Shown: one piece after another, positions 38,558 to 48,554 of the stretch
How positions within the stretch are numbered: position 1 is the first letter of the stretch
Layout: each line of letters starts with the position of its first letter
DNA from: Deinococcales bacterium
GTDB taxonomy: Bacteria > Deinococcota > Deinococci > Deinococcales > JAAFIG01
NCBI GenBank assembly: GCA_031414595.1
Contig: JANNVX010000114.1
Coordinates: 1-64,000 of the forward strand
DNA length: 64,000 nucleotides
Direction of reading: 5' to 3'
Program-made: the position numbers and the translations under genes
Notes under the pieces: generated by a model
Seen by the model: the letters and a program-made list of their open reading frames with translations, nothing else
Told to the model about the DNA's origin: nothing
Databases searched by the model: none

Positions 38558-39964
38558 ATGGCAAAGATTCGAGGTCCGGTACTGACTGCCAGTGTGTTCT
38601 TAGCTGGCGCACTTGTGACTGTTGGCGTATTAGCACTGTACACCAATATCGTGCAGCGCAAAGCTGAGGAAAAACAACACGTTTTCCAAGTTGTGGAAAT
38701 TACTGAAGACACCATAGACCCTGCCGAATGGGGCAAGAATTACCCCAAGCAATATGATAGTTACAAACGCACTGTGGATACCGAACGCACCCGTTATGGT
38801 GGTTCGGAAAACTTTCAAAAACTTGATTCCGACCCGTTCCTACGCACCATCTTTGCAGGTTACGCCTTTGGCATAGATTTCAGGGAAGAACGCGGTCATG
38901 CCTTTATGCTCGACGACCAACGCGAAACCAAACGAGTCACCGAACGCAAACAACCCGGCGCGTGCCTAAATTGCCATGCCAGTGTACTGACCGCCTTTCG
39001 GGAAACTGGTGTCAAAGCAGGAGTACCAAACGACGAAGACCACCGTTGGGAAGCCGTAGCCAAAGGCTTTACATTGGTCAATAAACTCACGTACTCGGCT
39101 GCTACAGCCCTTGTGACCCACCCTGTTTCATGTGTGGACTGCCATAACCCAACCGACATGGCTGTGCGTGTGACCCGACCAGCCTTTATGAATGGAATCC
39201 AAGCTCTTGCCAAATCAAACGACCCACTGCCTAATTTCCCCAGCATCGAACGCTGGCGCAAAACCAATCAAGCCGTGCCGTATGACCCAAACAAAGAAGC
39301 CTCACGCCAAGAACTGCGAAGCATGGTCTGCACCCAATGCCATGTCGAGTATTACATCACCAAAGAAGACAAACAACTGACCTTCCCGTGGCAGAACGGA
39401 CTTAAGCTCGAGCAAATCGAAAAGTATTACGACGATGTGGGTTGGAAAGACTGGGAACACAAAATTTCTAAAGCCCCAGTGTTAAAAGCCCAACACCCAG
39501 AAATGGAACTCTGGTCACAAGGCATTCATGCTCGAAGCGGCGTAGCCTGCGCCGACTGCCATATGCCCTATCAGCGCCAAGGCGCAATTAAAGTCTCGAG
39601 CCACCATGTTCGTAGTCCGATGTTAAACGTGGCACAAGCCTGCCAGACTTGCCACCGGTACGACGAAACAGAAATCAAAGCTCGAGTCGAAGTTATTCAA
39701 GACCGCACTCAGAAATTATTGACCCAATCAGAATCGGCAGTTGTGGACTTGATCAATGCCATTGCAACCGCCATGAAAGCCAAAAAAACCGACTCACAAC
39801 TTAAAACTGCCCGCGATTTCCAACGCAAAGCCCAATTCCGAGCCGATTTTATCAATGCCGAGAACAGCATGGGATTCCATGCACCCCAAGAAGCTGCACG
39901 CTTACTAGCCGAGAGTATTAATTTTGCGCGGCTTGGACAACTCGAGGTTGCAAAACTAAAGTAA
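38558..39964 (+). CDS. nrfA: Ammonia-forming cytochrome c552 nitrite reductase (pentaheme)
   Basis: AGYAF..DF.EERGH, CTQCHVEYY, KAQHPE, CADCHMPY, ENSMGFHAP; five CxxCH. Confidence 0.93.
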   Translation: MAKIRGPVLTASVFLAGALVTVGVLALYTNIVQRKAEEKQHVFQVVEITEDTIDPAEWGKNYPKQYDSYKRTVDTERTRYGGSENFQKLDSDPFLRTIFAGYAFGIDFREERGHAFMLDDQRETKRVTERKQPGACLNCHASVLTAFRETGVKAGVPNDEDHRWEAVAKGFTLVNKLTYSAATALVTHPVSCVDCHNPTDMAVRVTRPAFMNGIQALAKSNDPLPNFPSIERWRKTNQAVPYDPNKEASRQELRSMVCTQCHVEYYITKEDKQLTFPWQNGLKLEQIEKYYDDVGWKDWEHKISKAPVLKAQHPEMELWSQGIHARSGVACADCHMPYQRQGAIKVSSHHVRSPMLNVAQACQTCHRYDETEIKARVEVIQDRTQKLLTQSESAVVDLINAIATAMKAKKTDSQLKTARDFQRKAQFRADFINAENSMGFHAPQEAARLLAESINFARLGQLEVAKLK

Positions 39965-39976
39965 GGATTTGAATTT

Positions 39977-41831
39977 ATGAAAACTAAGTCGCTCGAGCCA
40001 CCGCTTAAAAAAATGATTGCCCAAGTCCTTAACCTACGCAACCAAGCTATTGCCCTCGAGCAAACGTACCACGTTGAACTTAAAAAAATTCGCCCCCCAT
40101 ATTTGCAAAGCGCTCGAAATTTAATTCATTACTTGGCGGTGCGCCAACAAGACATTCGTGAGATACAACTTGAGTTGCAACGCCTTGGTCTGAGTTCGCT
40201 TGGGCGCATGGAAGCCAATGTTTTAGCAACGCTCAATGCCGTGTTGTTCGCTTTGCAACGCATGGCTGGCTCGAGCGAACAGCTTGAGGTAACGCTTGAC
40301 CCACAGCTTGAGGTAACGCTTGACCCACAGCTTGGGCGCTTACTTCGTAATCACACCACCCGAATTCTTGGTAAAAGTCCACGACATCGGGCAGTGAGAA
40401 TCATGGTCACAATGCCCGAACAAGCTGCCACCGATGCTGGTTTAATTGCCAAATTTCTCGAGTGTGGTATGGATATTATGCGAATAAACTGCGCTCATGA
40501 CGATGCCATAACTTGGGCAAAGATGCTCGAAAATCAGCGCCAAGCAACCATTCAACTTGGACGCAGTTGTCGTGTTGTCTTTGATTTGGCTGGACCAAAA
40601 CTTCGCACTGGATTATTTGAAGCGAGCGCAGAAGTCCTCAAAATAAAACCAGCGCGATCAATTTGGACGAGTGGTGACCAAAGCTCGAGTCTTTTTTACA
40701 ACCACAAAGTTAAGTGCGCCAACCCAAACAGTCTGTATTCCAGTAACCGAGTTACAATTGCAAAGCTGCCAACTAGGTGATCAATTTTTGTTGACCGATG
40801 CTCGAGGTCGCTCGAGAATTTTTGAGATTATTGAGCTTTTAGCCACTGGTTGTATTTGCCAAATCGAACGAACTGCCTACTTGACTTCGGGAATGCCAAT
40901 TTGTGTTTACCACAATAAAAAACAATTGCTTGAGGGTCGAATTGGCAAGTTGCCCTCAAAACCACAAGCCCTCGAGTTGCGAGTTGGAGATACGTTAATC
41001 GTGACCCACGATAGTATTCTTGGCAATCAAGCCCGAATTGAGAACGGGATGCCAATACCAGTCCAGATTGGTTGTACTTTGCCACAAGTCTTTGGTGATG
41101 TCAAACCAAACGAGCGAATTCTATTTGACGACGGCATCATCGCTGGCATCATCAAAAAAGTCAGTCCAGAACAACTCGAGGTAGAAATCACCAATGTGGC
41201 TGGAGGTCTAGCAAAACTTCGTTCCGAAAAAGGCATTAACTTACCTGATACCGATTTTTCGATAGCTGCTTTGACTGAAAAAGACCTCGAAGACCTCAAG
41301 TTTATTGTTAAAAACAGCGATATGGTTTCGTTATCCTTTGTCCGAAACCGAAAAGACATCGAAATGTTGATTGCTCAACTCGAGCAATTAGGCGGGAAGC
41401 ACCTTGGCATTGTCTTAAAGATTGAGAATCGTCTTGCTTTTGAGAATTTACCCGATTTACTACTGACAGCCTTGTCTCACCCACCGGTTGCAATCATGAT
41501 TGCTCGAGGCGACTTAGCTGTGGAAATAGGGTTTGAGCGCCTTGCTGAAGTCCAAGAAGAAATTCTTTGGCTCTGCGAAGCGGCGCATATTCCCGTGATT
41601 TGGGCAACCCAAGTGCTGGATTCGTTAGCAAAAAATGGTTCACCAACTCGAGCCGAAGTGACCGACGCTGCCATGTCAGGACGCGCTGAATGCGTCATGC
41701 TTAACAAAGGCTCATACATTCCCGAAGCCTTGTTGTTTCTTGATAATGTTCTGCGACGCATGAAGCAACATCAGAACAAAAAAACTTCGATGCTCAGACG
41801 CTTAAAAGTAACAACGCCAAAGCTCGAGTAG
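39977..41831 (+). pseudogene. pyk: Long-form pyruvate kinase, frameshifted near 40652-40660
   Basis: IMVTMP, RINCAH, DLAGPKLRT in ORF1; KGINLP, LKIE, MIARGDL, WATQVL, PTRAE, MLNKG in ORF2; restoring one GC unit gives PARDQFGRVVT. Confidence 0.85.
40279..40334 (+). repeat. 24-bp tandem duplication (QLEVTLDP x2)
   Basis: acagcttgaggtaacgcttgaccc x2 plus partial. Confidence 0.9.
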
Positions 41832-41862
41832 CTGATGTACCTCTAAAACAAATACCAAATAA

Positions 41863-42711
41863 CTAAGCCAGACCAACGTAAGCACCATCTCTCGAGAAAC
41901 AGCAATTGGTTGTAAATGACATCGGTTCGCGGTTACAAATTTTCTCACCGTTTTTGATTCGTTCAGCCAGAGCAACCGTTTCGGGCATTGGTGAATCCTC
42001 AAGTTCTACTTGTAAAAAATGAATAAAGCGTCGGTAATGCTCTATTGCAATGTATTTATCTTCGACCACGGATAAACAGGTCATTAGTTTTTGATGATGA
42101 TTCTCTCCCATATACGGGTCTATCCGCAGGGCTGCATCTAAGGTACTGACTGCTTTGGCACACGTACCAGTTCCACAATAAAGCAGCGAAATCTCGAGGT
42201 TAGCACGAACAAAAACCCCGCGCAGTTGTTCACGCAGTTCATTTGCCCAAGTTGTGGTTATGCTCGGTAAAAAGTCGCCTTGATAGAGTGCGATAACACG
42301 CTTAAAGGCTTGCAATCGCAGTTCTTTGTTTGGGGCATGGCGGGCTTCTTCTAGGGTCTGATAAATTTGGTTTAAGTCGGTAGCCGCCAGCACAGCCGCG
42401 TTTAAGCGGTAACGATTATCTTGCTCGAGCAGTGCCTGATTATGCCCGAGTGCCTGACGAATACGGTGTACGGTGACTCTAAAACGATTATTGCTTTGGT
42501 TGGTTGGTTCGGTTTGCCAGAGTTGCTCGAGAATTTCTTCTTTTTGCTTACCGTTTGGATGAGCCAGTAAGTAAAAAAAGAGTTCTTCGGCGGTTTTACT
42601 CTTAAATTGGGCGGCTTGGTTATTGACCAAAACATGGTGTCTGCCAAGGGTCGCAATCTCAAGAATCGGGCAAACCTCAAGAAGTTCTTGCCCAATCCGA
42701 CCTTGCTCCAT
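41863..42711 (-). CDS. SARP-like BTAD regulator, copy 2
   Basis: Close paralog of 35436-36296; AAGGAG RBS before ATG 42711. Confidence 0.85.
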   Translation of the reverse strand: MEQGRIGQELLEVCPILEIATLGRHHVLVNNQAAQFKSKTAEELFFYLLAHPNGKQKEEILEQLWQTEPTNQSNNRFRVTVHRIRQALGHNQALLEQDNRYRLNAAVLAATDLNQIYQTLEEARHAPNKELRLQAFKRVIALYQGDFLPSITTTWANELREQLRGVFVRANLEISLLYCGTGTCAKAVSTLDAALRIDPYMGENHHQKLMTCLSVVEDKYIAIEHYRRFIHFLQVELEDSPMPETVALAERIKNGEKICNREPMSFTTNCCFSRDGAYVGLA

Positions 42712-42735
42712 TTTTTTCTCCTTGACACTGCGTAA

Positions 42736-42781
42736 AAAACCCAAATTCTGGAGTATTGCAACTCGAGCGAATTTGGGTTTT
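42736..42781 (-). terminator. Terminator-like hairpin upstream of BTAD copy 2
   Basis: AAAACCCAAATTC...GAATTTGGGTTTT ending in a T-run on the minus strand. Confidence 0.55.
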
Positions 42782-42811
42782 GCAGGAGTAAAATCAGAGT
42801 AAGGCGCAGAA

Positions 42812-42838
42812 CTGAAGTCTGGCTGAAGAGTAACTGAA
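42812..42838 (-). promoter_or_regulatory. Three TTCAG repeats at 11-bp period
   Basis: CTGAA at 42812, 42823, 42834. Confidence 0.7.
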
Positions 42839-42867
42839 CATAAACTACCTTGGCTCGAGCCTTAGGT

Positions 42868-43389
42868 TTAACTTTGTGCTACGGCTCTTAGAATATCGCT
42901 GGTGGTCACAATACCTTTAAGTTCATCGCCGTACAGCACCACTAAACACGAAATGTTCTCCTCGAGCATGACTCTGGCTGCATATGCCACTGGCGCGTCT
43001 TGGAGGATTGTAATCACTGGGTTGTGCATCAGTTCTTTAGCCGTGGTTTTCTCGAGCAGCAGAGGGATTTCCCATTGGGCGAGGCTAGTTGCATCCGACG
43101 GTAAGGCACGGCGAATGTCTCGGTCAGTAATAATACCAACGATTCGGTCATGATTTTTAACCAATAAATGCCGAAAACCATGTTCTTGTAAAATCCGTCG
43201 AATCTCGGGCAGGGTGGTGCTGACTTCGACGCTGATAACCTTGGCAGTCATGATTTCATGGACGCACCAATAACCGCTTTCACGGGCAAGCAATGGGGTT
43301 TGACTACTGATGTGGTCTTGATGCCCGAAACGCAATATAAATTCATCTTTGGTTTGCTCGAGCTTGGTGATACCTGTGGTTGTGGTCAT
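42868..43389 (-). CDS. CBS-pair protein (AcuB-like)
   Basis: IM...V, FRHL.V, VGIITDRD, GIVTTSDIL. Confidence 0.9.
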   Translation of the reverse strand: MTTTTGITKLEQTKDEFILRFGHQDHISSQTPLLARESGYWCVHEIMTAKVISVEVSTTLPEIRRILQEHGFRHLLVKNHDRIVGIITDRDIRRALPSDATSLAQWEIPLLLEKTTAKELMHNPVITILQDAPVAYAARVMLEENISCLVVLYGDELKGIVTTSDILRAVAQS

Positions 43390-43405
43390 ATATTTTCTCC
43401 TTTTG

Positions 43406-45007
43406 TTACAGCGTTAGCAGAATTTGCGCCAGCAGTATCTTGGCAATCATTGCCATTGGATAAACAGTCGCGTAACCTTGATTGGGTAGGTCGTTGCCGC
43501 TTCGTTCGGTGGCAAAGGCAAGCACGGCTGGTTGGGTTTGCAAGCCTGCCAGCATTCCAATCGCAATCGGGAACGGGACGCGCAGGATTTTATGGGCAAT
43601 AAATAACAAAGTAATGGCTACAAAACAAGTCAGGAACGTACCCAGTAAAAATAAGGTGATTCCGAGGCTCGAGAAGACTGTTTGACCAAAAGCAAAACCC
43701 GAACGTGTGCCGACCCCCGCTAAAAACAGCACAATCCCAATTTGGCGTAAGGTCAGGTTAGCACTGTACGGAATCTGCCATAAGACCCCTAAAAAACGTT
43801 CTCCCCAACCGAGCAACAAACCAACAATCAGTGTGCCACCCGCAATACCAAGTTCAAAATGACCACCGTTTGGCAATGGGATTTTTAGACTACCGAGCAG
43901 CAAGCCAAGGGCGATTCCTAAGCCAAACGACAGCACATCAATTTCAGAAAGATGCTGGTACGAATCGCCTAGAAAACTCGAAATCGCTTTCATTTCTTGG
44001 GGCGCACAAACCACCCGCACTCGGTCGCCTAACTCAAGAACGGTGTCTTTATTGGGTAAAAATTCTATATCTCCGCGCCGAACTCGAGTTATCAATGCCC
44101 CAAAACGCTGTGGCAATTGCAACTCTAGTAGGCTTCGCCCAGCCACAGCTTGGCTAGAAACAAAAACCCGACGGTAATCAAAATGACTGCGGTCTAGTTC
44201 GAGTGCGGCTGGAATAACCTCACCAAGCCGATTGATACTTTTTTGAACAGCTTCTTCTGTACCAATCAGGGTAATAATATCACCAAGCTCAAAAGTTGTT
44301 TTTGGCGAGACCAGACTTTGAATTTGACCACGCTGATGTCGCGCAAACAGCACATTCCAGCCCTCTGACTGTGCCACCACGGTTAAACCAATTAAATCTG
44401 GGTTGGTCAGGCGTACCGAGGCACTTTTTAAGCCGTTGGCTGTAAACCCAGCCACTCGAGCCGACTCGAGTTTCATATCTACCCGCCAGAATCGCTCGAG
44501 TAAGCCAATACAAAGCAGCATCGCAATCACACCCATTGGGTACGCCACGCTGTAACCAAGCACCGGTAAGGATTCGGCACTCGTACCCTTGATCGCCTCG
44601 AGTACCCCTGCTAAGGCGGGCGTATTGGTGAAAGCACCAGCAAAGACCCCAGCCACTAAACTCGGCTCGAGATTGAGAATGCGGCGCAGCAAACTCGAGA
44701 CCAGCACGGCTAGTATTAACGCCCCCAGCACCAGGGCATTATCGCGCAGACCACGCTTGCCTAGACTGCGAAAAAAACCTGTGCCACTGGATAAACCAAT
44801 CGTATAGACAAATAACACCAAGCCAAGGCGCTGAATAATCTCGGGCAGTTTAAGTTCGGCATCCAAACTACCAAACGCTAGCCCTACAAATAAAACGGCG
44901 GCAATACCCAAGGAAAAACCCGCAATTTTGACCCGCCCGAGCAGAAAGCCTAAGCTCGAGACCAGAAAAAGCAGCAGCAGTGGGTTTTCTTTGAGTAAGG
45001 TCAGCAT
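43406..45007 (-). CDS. AspT/YidE/YbjL-family antiporter
   Basis: GLVLFVYTIG, AGAFTNTPAL, YSVAYP, TrkA-C domains, GYATVYP. Confidence 0.9.
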   Translation of the reverse strand: MLTLLKENPLLLLFLVSSLGFLLGRVKIAGFSLGIAAVLFVGLAFGSLDAELKLPEIIQRLGLVLFVYTIGLSSGTGFFRSLGKRGLRDNALVLGALILAVLVSSLLRRILNLEPSLVAGVFAGAFTNTPALAGVLEAIKGTSAESLPVLGYSVAYPMGVIAMLLCIGLLERFWRVDMKLESARVAGFTANGLKSASVRLTNPDLIGLTVVAQSEGWNVLFARHQRGQIQSLVSPKTTFELGDIITLIGTEEAVQKSINRLGEVIPAALELDRSHFDYRRVFVSSQAVAGRSLLELQLPQRFGALITRVRRGDIEFLPNKDTVLELGDRVRVVCAPQEMKAISSFLGDSYQHLSEIDVLSFGLGIALGLLLGSLKIPLPNGGHFELGIAGGTLIVGLLLGWGERFLGVLWQIPYSANLTLRQIGIVLFLAGVGTRSGFAFGQTVFSSLGITLFLLGTFLTCFVAITLLFIAHKILRVPFPIAIGMLAGLQTQPAVLAFATERSGNDLPNQGYATVYPMAMIAKILLAQILLTL

Positions 45008-45022
45008 AAATACCTCGAGATT

Positions 45023-46852
45023 TTATTCGTGGGCGAGTTCCCCAAGTTCTGGTGAACGCCATAGCGCACTGAGCATTAACTCGCGGATAAAAATAAATTC
45101 TTTGGGCAATCTATCGTAGAGTTTGATAAATAATTCGTCGTGCGAGGCAATTTCTTGTTGCCATAATTCGCGGTCAATACTGATTAACTGCTCGAATTGG
45201 GTTTTGGTCATGTCCAGACCGCGCCAATCCATGTCCTCATAGCGGGGAACCCAACCAAGGACACTTTCGACGCTAGTGGCATGACCTCTGGCACGTTCGA
45301 CAATCCATTTGAGGACGCGCATATTTTCGCTAAAACCATGCCATAAGTAGTTGCCGGCTGCGTCTTTGCGAAACCAATTGACATTAAAAATTCTTGGTGG
45401 GTTGGGTAATTCCCTGCCAAGTTGCACCCAATGATTAAAGTAATCACCCATGTGATAACCACAAAAAGGTAGCATCGCAAATGGATCGCGGCGGACTGCC
45501 CCTGTTGCACCAACTGCCGCCGCCGTAGTTTCGCTACCCATTGTAGCAGCCGCATAAACACCATAAGTCCAATTAAAACTCTGGTAAACCAGTGGTACAA
45601 CCTTCGAGCGTCTGCCACCAAAGATAAAGGCAGAAATTGGTACGCCATCTGGGTCGTTATAAGCTGGGTCAATGACTGGGCATTGGGCTATCGGCGCGGT
45701 AAATCTCGAGTTAGGATGGGCGGCTTTGCGTCCACAATCAGGGGTCCAGTCTTGTCCTGTCCAGTCTATTAAATGCGCGGGTGGTGTGGCGCTCATACCT
45801 TCCCACCAAACATCGAGGTCGTCGGTCAGGGCAACATTGGTAAAAATCGTATTCTCGAGAATGCTGTTCATGGCGTTGGGATTAGATTCAAAATTTGTGC
45901 CTGGAGCAACCCCAAAAAAACCTGCTTCTGGGTTGATGGCTCGGAGTTGCCCGTGGCTGTCTGCTTTTATCCAAGCAATGTCATCTCCAACTGTACTGAT
46001 TTCCCAACCATCATCGGTAAAAGGTTTTGGTGGTATCAGCATCGCAAAATTGGTTTTACCACAAGCACTTGGAAAGGCTGCCGCCACATAGGTTTTTTCG
46101 CCGTTCGGGTCTTTAACACCAAGAATCAGCATATGTTCGGCTAACCAATTTTGTTCTTTTGCCAGCACACTAGCGATTCTTAGGGCAAAACACTTTTTAC
46201 CAAGCAAGGCGTTGCCACCGTAACCAGAACCATAACTCCAGATACTGCGTTCCTCGGGGAAATGAACGATGTACTTGTCAAAGTTACATGCCCAGCTACT
46301 GTCTTTTTGTCCAAACTCGAGCGGTGCGCCAAGGCTGTGTAAGCAATGCACAAAATCGTTGTTCCCCAATGCTTCGAGTACCGCTTGTCCCATGCGCGTC
46401 ATAATTCGCATATTGACCGCCACATATGGCGAATCGGATAATTCTACGCCAATGTGCGAAATTGAACTGCCAATCGGACCCATGCTGAACGGAATCACAT
46501 ACATCACCCGTCCGCGCATTGAACCCGCAAATAAGCCTTGCAACTTGGTTTTCATGGCTTTGGGTTCAAACCAATTGTTCATCGGACCCGCGTCGGATTT
46601 ACTTCTCGAGCAAATATAAGTGCGGTCTTCGACCCGTGCCACATCGGTCACTGCGGAACGTGCCAAAAAACTATTCAGGCGCTTATCGGGGTTAAGCCGT
46701 ATAAACGTACCACTTTGCACCATTTGTTCACAGAGCTTGTCGTATTCTTCTTGTGAGCCATCGCACCAATGAATGCTGTCTGGCTGGCATAATGCCGCGA
46801 CTTCTGCGACCCAACGTTGTAACTCGAGGTTGCTTGTGAATTCTTTTGTCAT
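45023..46852 (-). CDS. pckG: Phosphoenolpyruvate carboxykinase (GTP)
   Basis: [52 protein letters not shown]. Confidence 0.97.
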   Translation of the reverse strand: MTKEFTSNLELQRWVAEVAALCQPDSIHWCDGSQEEYDKLCEQMVQSGTFIRLNPDKRLNSFLARSAVTDVARVEDRTYICSRSKSDAGPMNNWFEPKAMKTKLQGLFAGSMRGRVMYVIPFSMGPIGSSISHIGVELSDSPYVAVNMRIMTRMGQAVLEALGNNDFVHCLHSLGAPLEFGQKDSSWACNFDKYIVHFPEERSIWSYGSGYGGNALLGKKCFALRIASVLAKEQNWLAEHMLILGVKDPNGEKTYVAAAFPSACGKTNFAMLIPPKPFTDDGWEISTVGDDIAWIKADSHGQLRAINPEAGFFGVAPGTNFESNPNAMNSILENTIFTNVALTDDLDVWWEGMSATPPAHLIDWTGQDWTPDCGRKAAHPNSRFTAPIAQCPVIDPAYNDPDGVPISAFIFGGRRSKVVPLVYQSFNWTYGVYAAATMGSETTAAAVGATGAVRRDPFAMLPFCGYHMGDYFNHWVQLGRELPNPPRIFNVNWFRKDAAGNYLWHGFSENMRVLKWIVERARGHATSVESVLGWVPRYEDMDWRGLDMTKTQFEQLISIDRELWQQEIASHDELFIKLYDRLPKEFIFIRELMLSALWRSPELGELAHE

Positions 46853-46870
46853 ATAAATCCTCCTGTTTGA

Positions 46871-46955
46871 AGTTTGCAACTCGAGAATTACCAGTGCATT
46901 ACCACACGGGTGGGAACACAACCGTAATGCCTTGGTAATGCCAGCCTTCGAGACT
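46871..46955. promoter_or_regulatory. Divergent SARP-type promoters
   Basis: Minus: GTAATGC-N4-GTAATTC-N8-CAAACT; plus: GTAATGC(46924)-N4-GTAATGC(46935)-N8-GAGACT. Confidence 0.72.
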
Positions 46956-46972
46956 CTTGTTCGGAGGTACTT

Positions 46973-47878
46973 ATGAAAATCAGTATTATTGGAGCAGGAA
47001 TGGTTGGTGGCGCAATTGCCAATGCTTTAGCCCAAAAGAACTTGGCTTTAGAAGTCGTTTTAATAGATAAAGAACACAGTCTTGCCGATGCACAAGCCCT
47101 TGACATCAATAGTGGATTCATGGGACAAACCATTATTCGCGCAGGTGAACTCAGTGATGTTCATGATTCAAAAATCATTATTCTCGCCGCAGGTCAACGC
47201 ACCACCTTTAATTACAGCAGTAAGCAATTACTCGAAGTCAACACCACCATCTTACAAACCACCCTCAGCACCATCCGAGCCATAGAGTTACAATCAGACG
47301 TGATCATCATCAATGCGATTCAACCAATTGACATGATGACCAATCACATTGCCAAATTATTTGGCGAAAAATATACAAATCGAATTATTGGCACAGGCAC
47401 AATCCTCGAGACCAACTTATTCCGACAAGCCATCGCTAAACAAGTTGGTGTTCATTTAAGTCAAGTTCATGGGTATGTACTTGGACAACAAGGCGGCAGT
47501 GCTTTAATGGCATGGAGTACGGTTCGCGTAGCTGGCATTCCGTTTGAAACCTACCTCGAGCAGCACGGACAGCACCTGACCAATCAAACCAAGAATAAAA
47601 TCGCAGAAGCCGTACAGTACGCGGTCAATAAAGCCTTGCAGCAAAAAGGATCGTTTTTGTTTGGCTTAGGTCATGCCATTACCCATTTAATCAATGCAAT
47701 TATCGAAGACCGTCATGAAATCATGACCGTCAGTGCATGGGATGAAGCTCAGGGCGTTGCGATTGCCTTACCACGAATTATCGGTAATAGTGGTGTTCTC
47801 GAGACGGTCGAACCGATGTTATCGCCCGATGAAGCTGCAAAACTCGAAGTGATTATCGGCTATTTTCGCAACGTTTAG
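46973..47878 (+). CDS. L-lactate/malate dehydrogenase-fold protein with degenerate active site
   Basis: [15 protein letters not shown] and GYVLG present; GQQG replaces GEHG and LETNL replaces LDxxR. Confidence 0.85.
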   Translation: MKISIIGAGMVGGAIANALAQKNLALEVVLIDKEHSLADAQALDINSGFMGQTIIRAGELSDVHDSKIIILAAGQRTTFNYSSKQLLEVNTTILQTTLSTIRAIELQSDVIIINAIQPIDMMTNHIAKLFGEKYTNRIIGTGTILETNLFRQAIAKQVGVHLSQVHGYVLGQQGGSALMAWSTVRVAGIPFETYLEQHGQHLTNQTKNKIAEAVQYAVNKALQQKGSFLFGLGHAITHLINAIIEDRHEIMTVSAWDEAQGVAIALPRIIGNSGVLETVEPMLSPDEAAKLEVIIGYFRNV

Positions 47879-48059
47879 TTGTGTATTTAGGATAGAAATC
47901 TATTGTTTTCAGCAAGTCTTCAGCTAAATAACCTTACGCATTCAGGTGATGATGCTTACTTATGGAGAGTCAAATTTTCCACTGGCAGATTGTGGCATAG
48001 GTCGTGGTTTAAGTAAATTATTTTACTTGAAGAAGATGGGTTAGTTAAGGAGAAAAACA

Positions 48060-48542
48060 ATGGTTCATTATGATATTCCCAAGCAGCTTCTTCCTGAAAA
48101 ACAACTTACCCATGAAATTTGTCCACCCCAAAAGCTAGGCATCAGTCCAGAGGTGATTCTCAACGGCTTACCGAGGTTGTTACATACCGATGTTCTCGAG
48201 CAGCCAGACCATTTGTTAATCCGTATGAACTTGCCAGGTGTAAAACCAGAAAATGTGGCGGTCACACTAATGAACAATGTCTTATCGGTAGTGGCGCGGC
48301 TCGAGACTGAATCGCTAGAAGCACAGTATTTGTGGCGTGAACGCCCAAGTGGTGAAGTTTTTCGTTCGATTGCTTTAATTGGCGACCTCGAGATGTGTGG
48401 TGGTCGGGCTTTTCTCGAGCATGGCGTGTTGACTGTGCGGGTTAATAAAGTCAATAGCCATGTGCTTGCAGTACAACTTGGGGCGCTCGAGCATGATTAC
48501 TTAGAGCTTGTGCAAACAGACTTTTGTCAAGCTTGGTACTGA
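48060..48542 (+). CDS. Hsp20 small heat-shock protein
   Basis: LPGV.PE.V.V, RER..G...RSI.L, GVLTV.V.K. Confidence 0.85.
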   Translation: MVHYDIPKQLLPEKQLTHEICPPQKLGISPEVILNGLPRLLHTDVLEQPDHLLIRMNLPGVKPENVAVTLMNNVLSVVARLETESLEAQYLWRERPSGEVFRSIALIGDLEMCGGRAFLEHGVLTVRVNKVNSHVLAVQLGALEHDYLELVQTDFCQAWY

Positions 48543-48554
48543 ACAAGGAGTTTT

